NCBI GenBank assembly: GCA_905178155.1
Contig: CAJINV010000012.1
Span: 1,244,492-1,308,491 of the forward strand
Source: Amoebophrya sp. A120
Taxonomy: Eukaryota; Protista; Dinoflagellata
Length of the DNA: 64,000 nt
Direction: 5' to 3'
Shown: positions 24,001-36,000 of the stretch, one piece after another
Layout: every line of letters starts with the position of its first letter
Position numbering within the stretch: the first letter of the stretch is position 1
Notes under the pieces: generated by a model
Database searches by the model: none
What the model was told of the DNA's origin: nothing
The model's input: the letters and a program-made list of their open reading frames with translations, nothing else
Position numbers and translations under genes: made by a program

Positions 24001-27000
24001 CGGTGGTGTCGCTCCGATAATTTATTTTGGGATTATGAATTCCCTTATTCGGGGATCCGATTGTTGATGTTGTTGTACCAGCGGCGATCGACGCACCATA
24101 ACCAAATAAATGGGACCAATCACTAGTGCGACTACCAGACGAGGACTTCTCGGTCCTGTACAACTCTCTTGCCGATGGAGATTCCACTCTGTCGTCCATT
24201 GTGTCGTTAGTAGACGCGCCCCCGCTGCTACGATCTACTTCAACACCAGACAGTAGTTTCACTAAGTGTCGGTTAGAATTCGCAGATTCCCTTTGCACCA
24301 CCACGGCATCCTGCCATTCGTTTTGCACGAACAGCAAAATCTCCGTTTGGGGTGGGTAGTGGTAGGAGTTGGCCGTGGTGTGGTTGCCAAAACAGGGATT
24401 GAAGCGAATGTTCGCTTCTTTCAGGATTTTCGACGCGTCATTGTGGTATTGCTGGTGGTGGTGTTGGTGATTCTGCTTGTTCGAGCGGGTTGTTTTTGTG
24501 GACGTAGTTCTACTTTCAAAAGTTGTAGACGTCTGCGTATTTATTTCCACATCTTCGGCGTCTTGCGTAGTTGAAACAAAAGACCTCGTTTTCGCCGCGT
24601 TGTTCTCGGTGCTGTTCGGAAGATCCAAATTGTCAAGAACAACCGAGTAAGTCCCGAACTCCGGCTGATAGCTTCCGATGCTGACTTCGTAGAAAGAGGA
24701 GGTGGCACTTGATGCAGGGTGATCTGATGAAATAAAGCACTGCTGTTGCTCGACCTGCTGCGTCCTCTGGTAAAAATTCGACCCCATCAGCTTCCACGCG
24801 TACAGAAATTTCTCTTGCGCTGTGGGCATACAACTACCCATCCCTGCGTTCGTCCCTGAAACACGGTTCGTGGAGTCGCGACTGTTGGTCTTCCGCGCCG
24901 CCGCTCCTGGGCTGAGCGGCAAGGAGTCGCGAGGGTTGTGTATTTCGTGCTGGTGCTCTATCAAATGTAAAAATGTCTGGGTCTGGAAGAGGAGAAGTTT
25001 GTCATGCACATTTTCCATTATCCATGATGTCTCTGATGTATGCAATAGCATCACAGATTTTTTGAGCGCCTATCGATGCGCGTCGTGCATGACAAATGCC
25101 CTTTCCGCGTAGCCAAATTTGACTCCTCTTGCTGCTCATGCAATACAGATTTTTTTAGCATCCAAATGCAGCATCACAAGTTTGGCTCTTCCAGACCCAG
25201 ACATATTTGCAATCCATATGCTCGAAAGAAGCGCTGTAGTTGCCCCCTCCAGGAGAGGATGAAAACCAACTTCTTTTGCCGTTTTGCATCTGGTTGGCGA
25301 AGTCGCTAGTAGTTCTTGTGTGATTCAGCGGTTGCATGTGATTGTTGTTGACCACGCTAGTACCTCCAGGATGAAAGAACGATGAAACAGTTCTTCCCCG
25401 CTGGTCGGGATAGCTCAAGAACGCCGGCGGGGGAGCAGGGAGCACCACCGGTAAAAACTGCAACACCTTTGTACTTTTAGAACTACTCACGACTCCACCT
25501 GCCCGACCGCCTGCGGACGACTTCGTTCCCCCGACACGGGAACGCGTCGTCGACTTCTTCCCCGTGATCGTCCTCTCATGGAAAACTTTCTTCGACGCTG
25601 CGCTTTGCTGCCTCTGAAACGCCGCAGAGGAGCTGCTCTTGTTTTTCTTGACACCTGTAGTGCCACCAGGACTGTAATTGTCCTTGTATGGGTCGTGGTC
25701 TACTTGAGGGAGTAGGTCTTCTCGTTGCTCCTGAGAGGACGGCGCGTGTTGAATTACATGTTGGTGCTCGAAAACCCCTATGAACTGCAAAAGTATCCTA
25801 TCGTACTCGTATAAATGCATTACAAATTGACTTAGCATTACAAATTAAATTTGTAGTGCGGATTTACCTTGAAGCAAAGATTTGTAATGCATAATCGCAA
25901 TTAGTACGAGTACGATACTTTTGAACAGGATAACCCCCATCCGGACCCGGATTCGATCCCCGGGGTTGTAGCAAAAGACGGGCTCGGATAACGTCAACCT
26001 GGCACTCAATCGCTCCACCAGATCCTCGTAGTCGTCGTCAATCACCTCCAGTTCGATATTTGCAAAAATCGCGGCCCCCGCGGCACCACTACTGTAATTG
26101 CCCGCTTGCTGATGCGCAGACTGCTGATTTTGATGCACACCCTGTGAAGATGAAGATGCTCCGGTGGGCAGGGAGGAGAAACCAAAATTGTTTGCGTGGT
26201 GGTTTTGCGTAGAACCAGAAGTAGAACCACTGGCTGTACTATCAGTTTTTGTTGTAGTAGAAAAAAGCATTTGATGTTCATCAACCCCCGCAAGGTAGTT
26301 CGCACACACCGCATGGTCGATCTTCACGACGCGATCGATGATTATCTCAATGGATTCCGGCAGGGCGTTCTCTCCGTCCGCCCGCTCAACCGGTGGAGGT
26401 TTTTCTTCTTCTTGACCGGACGAAGATTGCGCAGCGCAATCCTCTGCTTCCTCAGCCGCGAAGTGAAAGCGCACCGCCCCAACTACCTGTTGCTGTATCA
26501 AAAGGAAAAATCCCGCCTCCCCATATTGAAAAGCTATGTTTCCGAAAATTTGTGTTGCTGATTTGAGGTCACAAATCGTGTCTGTCTTGCAAGAAAGCAA
26601 CGGCATCCGCTCCGTCCCATTATGCTGGCGGTTTGTAATGCTGTTGGTCTTACAGCATAGGCGTTCCCCATGCTAAGCGCCTAGGCCAAAATCTCTGCGC
26701 ACTGACATGATATGAGCCTGCAGTCCCCTACTGCAAGACAAATCTGATTTGTGTACGCAAATCCAGCATCAGAAGTTTGGTTTTGATATGGGGTGGGGGC
26801 TTTTTTCACTTTGATATGCTGATGGTTTTCTTTCAGCGAAAAAACCGCGTGCGCGTCCGGAAGCGACCGATTCAGGTCCCCGAAGGACCACTGCACTGTA
26901 ACCGGGGACGAGGAAAAAGCAGGTCCTGCAGGAGAGGAACCTCCCCCGCCCGAAGAACTTCCTAAAACGCGCTTGTGCTGCGGTCCAGAGGTAGTTCCGC

Positions 27001-30000
27001 TTCCACCTGCCGTATCTTTGTCCTTACAATAATGGTCTCTACTGCAGCTGTAATCACCAACCATGTCTTCCTCGCTCTGAAACTTCACCTGCACGTCCTT
27101 GACCTCGGCAAACAACCCACGCAAGTTGGACTTCGACCCGTTGCCAGTGGCGTTGCTTTCTACTTCAGCGCTCTCGGAAATCAGCTTCGTATGGTGCAGC
27201 CGAATCCTCTTCACGAGGCTCGTCGCCACGGGGCAGCCGTTTGGCATGAAGAAGTTTGTCTTTGTCGTCACGTTTGCCGCCGCGTCAGGAGAAAACGACC
27301 CAGCAGAAGCACCTTGCTGGGCGGACCGTCGGATGCTGTGGTACGTGCCCGACGGGGACGGGAATACAACTACATTACCCGACGAATAGTTCAGGTCCAA
27401 ACCCTCTTTCTCTGTCGAAGACACAGAGCCAGTAGCTGCAATAGTAGCAGACCCGCCCTGAACATAGTTCGGTGACTGAAACAATAAATTGTCGCTGTCG
27501 GGAGATGAAATTACAAAACCGGCCCCCGCCTGCTCCGCAGCACTTCTATCCGCCACAGCAGGAGGACCACCTGTCGGGGAGGTAAATTCACTCGCGGTCG
27601 ATTTCATCCTCCGAGCTGCTCCTGGACTACCGCAGTCACCGTCAAGTCCACCGGCATTGATAGAAGCTGTCCAACTTTTCCTGTTCGCAGTGCCTGATTG
27701 ATGTTGTCCACCGCCGATGTGCCAGTACAGGCTGTTCCACCCGAACCAGAACTTGTGCTCGCGGAATAGTTGAAACACACTCGGATTATATCAAGTGCAA
27801 ATATGTCTGGGTCTGGGAGATTGCGAGACTTGTCATGCTAGTCTGGCATGACTCTGAGCTCTGTATTGCGTGCCCGCGAAGAGGTCCTCTTCTCTGTCAT
27901 GCAAACACGTAGTTTCTCATGCGGGCTGCGCAACTCTGAACCACGGAAAAACTTGCCATGCTGGGGAGCGCATTACAGTGTGCTCACTATTCCCTTCCTT
28001 GCAACACAAGTTTCCAGACCACCCAGACATACTTGCAATGCATAGATTATCGAAGAAAGCAAGATTTTCCAAGTGCGTCGTCGCACACATGGCGCCCAGG
28101 ACGTGGCTATGCATTGCAAATATGTCTGGGTCTGGAAGGATGCGAACTTGTCATGCACGTTTCGCATGAGCCATGATGACTGTGATGTACACCCTAGCAT
28201 CAGGACAGATTTTTTGAGGCCGTCTTGATACCTCTCCCGCATCACAAATGCCCTCTTCGCGTAGCAAGATTTAGATCGATTCCTTTTGCTGCTCATGCAA
28301 TACAGATTTTTTTAGAATCCAAACACAGCATCACAACTTGCACTCTCCCAGACCCAGACATATTTGCAATTGATAGTGGTACTGGTTGTACATAATTTTC
28401 CTACTGTTCCGCGAGTACACCACGTCCCGCAAAAGTTATCAAATGCAAAAATGTCTAGATCTGGAAGACTGTCATGCTAGTCTGGCATGACTCTGCACTC
28501 TGTATTGCGCGGCCACTAAGAGGTCCTCTTGCCTGTCATGCAAAAGCGCAGTTTCTCATGCGAAATACGCATCACAGAAGCACGAAAAAACTTGTCATGC
28601 TTGGCGGCGCATTACAGGGCACTGATTGTTCACGGACTTGCATCACAAGTTTCCAGACCCAGACATTTTTGCAGTTGATAACAGTTGCGAGCCGCTGATT
28701 TGCAGAAAGCACGCTTCGTCCTCTTCGTCGTAGTTCTTTTGGGGACGACCGTAAAAATCGTTTGCTAGTTTTTCATTTTCTCCACCACCAGTACCATCGT
28801 CATTCGCTTCTGTTCTAGTCCCTTGCTTATCCAATTTCGCCACCAATAGCCCCAGTGCTTTTCCACATTCGTCGACGGAGATGGAGATTTGCTTCACAAG
28901 CAATTCCACGTAGAAGGCGCACATATCCCACAGAAAAAAGCTGGCAGGGCATGTTCTTTGTAATGCAGAAATAAATACACAGAAAAATCTGTCATGGGCG
29001 GCCTCATAGCATGCTGTTTAGGATACGCAATACAGATTTTTTTGTGTATTTATTTTTCGCATTACAGATGTGACCTGCCAGCTTTTTTCTGTGGGATGGC
29101 ACACCACCTTCACCCAAGGCGCAATGTCCCGGTAGCCCAGGAGCCGGTATCGCAAGAAAAAAGCGTTACAGTTACACATTGTCATGCAAGACTGGCAACA
29201 GAGACAACCTTTCTCATGCAGGAAATGCTTCGGAGCCTCGTTTCCTTCCTGTTTTCCTTTATGATCATCGCATTACAAGTTTTCTCTGCCACACAGAGAA
29301 AATTTGTGATGCAGAAACTCCAACAAATGTGTAACTATAACACTTTTTTCTTGGATAGCCGGTAGGCTTCGCGCAGTAGCGGTAAGTACAGCTGGAGGGA
29401 CAAACCATCCACGTATTTGAGTGCGGTCGTGGAAGCAGCTGCAGCTGTCCCGGCAGTCGTAGTACCACAGGTGTCCCCGGGGGCTCCTCCAGGCCTTGTT
29501 TCATCATCTTCGGGGTGCGAGGAACCTAAACCCCGTCCGGTTTTTCCGAAGATGGTGCCAGCTGTGGTAGTTGTTGGCGCGGCGTGTTGCCTTTGAGCCA
29601 CCGCCAGCTGCCCGGGGCTAAAGGACCGCGACGTGCTTGCGTTCGTCAACGTTTTCTCGACTGCACTAGTCGCACCGTAGCTCGTGCCGAGCAACCCACT
29701 GCTGGGCAACGACGGCGAGGGCGGGAGTCCAACTCCACCGCCCGGGGGAAAACGCGCGCTCTGGTCGTACGAACCAAACTGTTCCTGGTGCAACCACTGT
29801 GCCACGCTCGGCCGTGCGCGCTGAGTACGGACCGACGGCGTTTTTGTGGCCGAAAACGAGGCAGGCAGCACCGTGTTCCGCGGAAGTGGAACTACTCCTG
29901 CTCGCATTGACGAGGAAGTGAACGGCGGCTGCGCGCTGGCGATCCGGGTGACCCGCGAAGACGTGGTTCGTGACGCCGCCTTCTGCACGACCTGCAGCCG

Positions 30001-33000
30001 CTCCTCCTCCTGTTGCGACTTCGCAAAGGTGGCAACTTTCTTCAGGGAGATCTTCCAGTCATCCCCGGAAAGCTTCTATGAATTGTAAAAATGTCTGGGT
30101 CTGGAAGATTGCCAGGTTTGTCATTCATATTTCGCATGAGCTATGATGCCTGCAATGCATGACCTAACATGACAGATTTTTAGAGCGTTTCCTGTTGCCG
30201 ATTCCGCATGAGAAATGCCCTCTGCGCGTAGCGCAAACTGCGCTCTTCTTGCTCGTCATGCAATACAGATCTTTTTGGAATCCAGAGACACCATTACAAG
30301 TTGCAACCTTCCAGACCCAGACATATTTGCAGTTCATAGCTTCCGCAGCCGAGCGATTTGCCGCAGTGTGAACAAAATGAACTGCAAAAGTATCGTACTC
30401 GTATAAATGCATGACAAATTTCCTCAGCATGAGAAACAAAATTTGTAAATGCAGATTGACCTTAAGAAAAGGATTTGTAATGCATGTTTGCAATACGAGT
30501 ACGATACTTTTGCACAGGATAAACAGAACCGAGTCGGCCGAAGTGGGGTGTGTGGATGAATCTACTAATTCCGCGTTGTGGCAGATGGTTTTCTGTAGAG
30601 ACACCGAGGAAGTCAGCAAGCGGACCGCCTCGCACATGCGCTGGAACTATCGCGAGGAGAAATGAATCCCCCCTCCCCATATTGACGAGGTACGTTTTCG
30701 AAAATTTGCGTTGCTGATTTGTGGCCACAAATCGTCTCTGTGTTGCATGAAGGCAACTCCGCAGGCTCCGCCGCATTCTACAGGCGGTTTTCCATGCTGA
30801 TGCTCCTACAACAGCGCAGACGACGTCTTCCATGCTAAGCGCCTAGGACCAAACCTGTCTACTCAGGCTTGATATGGGCCTGCAGTCCTCGCCAGCAAGA
30901 CAAATCTGATTTGTGTACGCAAATCCAGCATCAGAAACTTCGGTTTGACATGGGTAGAGGGGATTTTTCGTTTTGATAGGAACGACTTAGCAGCCTGTGT
31001 CTCGTCCACGGTCAGTCGCGCCTTCAGCTGGCGCACGGCCTTCTTCCACTTGTTTTCCTGGTGTGCGGCGCTAGCCGCGTTCACACTGCTACTTGCTTTT
31101 GCCGATGAAGATGCCCCAATGTTGCCAAAGATCAAGCTGGCTTCCTCATTGCAAAAAGCGTTGCCAAGATGACTGCTGTGCACCTTGGTGACCGCCTTCA
31201 CAATCAATTCGTCGAGCTCCTTCTCCGTTCGCGGAAGTTGCGGCTCAGCACAAGAGGATGTTTGTGATGATGAGGATGAAGATTTTGCCCCGATATTACC
31301 AGGTGAAAATTTGTTTTCATCCAGTAATGCTGTGATTAAGTGCACCAAGATCTCTTGGTCCACGGAAAACCAATCGCCCACGTTGAACTCCTCAACGATT
31401 TTCCGCACTTTGGCTTCTTGTCTCACATTGTCCTCTAGGTCACCAACGTAGTTCCTTTCTTGTTCTTTCTCGTCTGCAGGGCCTTGCTCCTGCTGTGCTT
31501 CAATCGTTATTTCGTCTTCCTTCTTCTCACGATGCCCTCCTGCGGTCCAGCCGCCCGGTTTTCTGAGTTGCTGGCCCTGCTCCTCGTCGGGTTTCTTTCT
31601 TATCAAGCCGCAGAACTGCAGCAGTTGCTGACAGGTAACCGGCAGAATCGTGTACTCGAACAACAAGGCTACTTCCAATTTGGCCAAATCGTTGAACAGC
31701 GGCATGTCTTTGCTGGTCGCGAAGTCAATCATCCACACCGCATCCATGGCGTCCACCAAAATGTTAGCCGCATTCAGATCCCCGTGCCCCAGCGCCAGAA
31801 GGGGCTGGTACTCCTGCTGCAGTAATTGAATTCTCCTTTTTATCGTGGCCGAATTCATTCTTGCATGGAGGTTTTCCCGATCATTATCTTCTCGTGAAGA
31901 AGTCGTGTGTTCCTCGAAAAGATCTGATATCTTACGCATTTTCTGCTGCAGCGTCAACACGCTGTGTCGGACGTCGGGCCAGGCTGGTGGCGCACTGGGG
32001 CGGTATTTGTTTTCCTTTCCTACTTCCTGGTGGTCGTCCGTCTCTGGTCCTTCTGCCGGTCGTCCAGCAGTCGATTCTCCATCGCGATGATCGTCTCGTG
32101 CCATATTGTTCTCATGCTGTTGAGTGGTCGTCCCAAGACCACCAACCTCTTTCCGCGATAAGGCGACGACATTCTGGTACAGTTCTATCAGGTAGTCCCT
32201 ATCAAATGTAAAAATGTCTGGGTCTGGAAGAATGCAGGAGTTTGTCATGCAGATTTTGCATGGCCCATGAGGTCTGTGATGCATGCCCGAGCATCAGAGA
32301 TTTTGCGAGCGCTTTCTGATGCTCATACCGCATGAGAAATGCCCTCTCCGCGAGGCACAAATTACACCTCTTTTGCTGTTCATGCAATACAGATTTTATG
32401 TAGATTCCAAAAGTAGCATCACAAGTTGTATCCTTCCAGACCCAGACACTTTTACAGTTGATAGTCCCTTCCTGGAAACGATTCCGTATTCCACCAGGGG
32501 TTGAACTTCGTGTCCTTCCCCTTCAACTTGTACACGGTAAAGATCGTCGCGCTCCGGCTCCGTCGGATGCTCAAACTCGGCCCAGAAGAGGCGGATTGAT
32601 TTACTATTTGGGGGTGTTGCTGAGTAGTTATAGACCTCGTGTGTAGTGCCGGCAAACTGGACTGCTCCACAGCAGAAGTGCTGGTTGGTGTGAAAAAGGG
32701 TCCAGCGGATGCTTCGCTTCCTTCGCGGCCGTGGCCACCGGTGGGCGCGTTGGTAGAAGCGCCACCGAAGGAAGCGCCAGCTGTTGTGGTGTAGTTGTTT
32801 TGTTGAAAGTTTAGAAGGTTCACGACTCGCGAAACCCGCTATAGCAGTGCACAACAACTCGTCCCCTGCTCATACTCATTTGTCACATACCAAATCCAGG
32901 TCTTGCCTTTGAGCACATTCTGCATAACAGAGCTTGAAGGAACCACCTCACACAGCACTACAATTATCCGACGTATGGAGAAATTAAGTTTCCTCATGCA

Positions 33001-36000
33001 GAAGCCCTATCTAATCCGCTGTCATTTGTATTGCCGCTCATGCCCCGCAAACGAGGGGGCCAGGGAGTGTTGCGCTCTCATACCCGCTTCTGGCTTTCCG
33101 CGACGCGGTTGCTGCTCACGTGCCGCATCTGGCGGAGCATGCCCCCGGTGCCGAGCAGTTCCGTGACCACCATTATCAAGAGGAAAAATGGCCCCTCCCC
33201 ATATCAAAAGAAAATCAGAGAAAATTTCCGACGCTGGATTTGCGTACACAAATGAGGTCTGTCTTGCTGTAAGGAATTGCGGGCAGCTTCAGGTGCGCAA
33301 GGATCTAGCTGTTTAGCATGGGAAACGCCTGCCCCGTAGGCCAAGCAGCATGACAAACCGCATCCATAATGTCGCGCATCCCTCACCGCTTGCCTTTTTG
33401 CAAGACAAAAATGATTTGTGACCCCAAATCTGCATCACAAGTAGCGACGGATGCCTTTTCAATATGGGGAGGGGGGATTTTTCTTCACAATAACCATCTG
33501 CACGTTCCCAAACGGCGGAATTTCCTCCACCGGGAAGTGTTTCGGCAGGAGCTGCGACGCAGATTCGTAGAGAAACAGGTCCTTAAAAGTCGACAGGTAT
33601 CGTGAGGAAAAATCCCGCCTCCCCATATAGAAAAGGCATGCGTCCTAAAATTTGTGTTGCTGATTTGAGGCCACAAATCACATTTCTGTTGCAAGAAGAC
33701 AAGGGCAGAGGCTTTCGCCCCATTATGGAAGCGATTTGTCATGCAATTGGGACTAAAGGGGAGCCGCCTGCCATGCTGAACAACTAGCCCCATACGTCCC
33801 TACCTAGCCTGGGGATCTGGCCGCAATGCCTCTCTGCAAGCTGATTTGTGTACACAAATCCAGCATCAGAAATTCCGTTTTGATATGGGGAGGGGGGATT
33901 TTTCCTTTTGATAACAGGAGCGAGGTGTTTGCGTGCGCGGCGATGCTGGCGAACTCGGGCACCTGCCAGCACGCCCCTTATGGCGTTCTCAACTGTTACA
34001 TTCTCAGCTGTTGCATGGATTTGTGATGCAAGAATGGCAAGAGTGCAAGGCGGAAGATTGCGCCTTTTGCATTACAAGTTTGGCGCAGATTCTAATGCTA
34101 TCTAGTGCGACGTCGAGAACCTGTCATGCAAAGCGGCTTGATCCTGTTGTAGACTAGACATGTATTGCACTTTTCCATTACAAATTTTTTTTTTTTTTTG
34201 CAAAGAGGGGCGGATCACGGCCCTTTTTAGACGGGCTAGCCAGGCTACGGAATCATCATCACGACAATGAAAGAGAAAACTAGAAAAAAAATCTATTGAC
34301 CCCCCGGATTCGATGCCTCGCGGCAGTTGCGGACGCACGGACTGTACCTTTCAAACCCGACCGCATAGGACGCGCCCGCGTATGGAAGACGACTGCAGCT
34401 TTGGCTTCTTGTTTATGAATTGTTCTATTCACCGATAGGAAAGAGCACCGGATCTGCCGGGGCCTGGCAGCCAGGCCTACAAAAACTATGCAAGAGCCCC
34501 CGCTCTACCGCACTATCTTGGTAGAGCAATTCGCAAACTCTGCAAAGCGCAACGATGTTCTATATATCCGCGCCGGTTGTTGGTCTTGTCTGGTCTCCTC
34601 GTCGGTACTCTGACTTGCCCCCTTCCAGTGTCTCTCGCCCTTACAAAAGTCACATGCTGATTGGGGTTGTAATGCAAATCAATAGCACAGGTGTCCGCGC
34701 GGCCGGCGACTCAAGCGCTTCAAATAAAAACTACATGCCATTGCCCTCTATGAGCGTCTGGCAGCTGCACGAAGACCCCTTTTTTACTCGGCAATCGAGG
34801 CGCATCCGCTGTCCCCCCATAGGGTCAATGAATGTAGGCAACCCAATCATCATGCTTTCTACCAAGTCCAGTCTACTGCCTGTGGCTGTGGGCCTTCATG
34901 CATATGAGACAGAGTCAAGCCCGAGTATTTGGAGTATGCAATATCTTATCCCCGAGAAAAAAAAATATAGTGCTGCTACTTGTTTTTGGAGAATGAGTCA
35001 TCTTCAAGGATGCGCCTCCTCATCGATGAGGAGGTGCTTGCATCCTGTTCTTTTCCTTTCTCTTTATTTGCCTGCTTATCCATACAAAAACATGTCACAC
35101 AACTTACAACCAGTCGCAGGAAATGACGAAAGTAACGCATCGCAGAAGAGGGCCATGTGAGTGTATCTGTATTTTACACCGACCTGTAAACGTAAAACGA
35201 TGACCGATTTTTTCCCTTATCATTCACGACCCTATGATCTACCCTACGAGTTTGCTCATTACAAATTCAAATCCATGTACCAGTTGAGAATGTAACATTT
35301 GAGAGTCCCATACCCCCGCGAGCTCGAGTTTGAAAGCGCCGAGCTCAATTGAGGAGCCTGCGGCCTCGCTGTCCTGCTTCACTGACTGTTGTTCTCCTGA
35401 CAGCTGCTGCTGCGCGCTGCTCGTGTTGTTACTTCTTGTTCCTCCAGCACTGTGATCTTCCACCACCTCGGTCGGGGCCGAGAAACAAAAGACCGGGTCC
35501 CCTAGAACCTTCGCCGCACGGTCTTGCAGCACCTCGTACACCTTCAGGGAGTTCTTGACCTCCTCGCGAATGGAGCTCGCATGGTATCATTTGTAAAAAC
35601 GTCCCCACCTCCCCAGGGTTGTAATGCAAATCTGCATGCTGAAAATGTTTCTCATGCGGAGACACATGATGAGAAGCAGTCTTTATTGGCGTTTTGCAAT
35701 TTGTGATTCTCGCATCCGCATGGTGTGCTAAATTTGTGTTGACGCTGCTTCACTAGCTAAACACGACTACATTGCAAGCCAAAATTTTTCATGCGTAAGA
35801 GCCAAAGCTGGGTGATTTGTGTAGGAGTGAGGTAACAAACTAAATCTGGAACTTCGCGGTTGAGTTCTCATCCGGCCGGTGGCCGGATGAGAACTCAACC
35901 AGATCGGCGGCGGCCGGTATCCGGCCGGCCGGCCTGCCCGATCCTCTTCCCCCCTCCTCCAATTGTCGACCCGCTCTTCTCCCCCACCCACCCCCGAGCC

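Noticed and set aside
34295-34380. tRNA-like T-loop (TCGAATCC on the minus strand)
   Set aside because: I could not build a cloverleaf or an acceptor stem.
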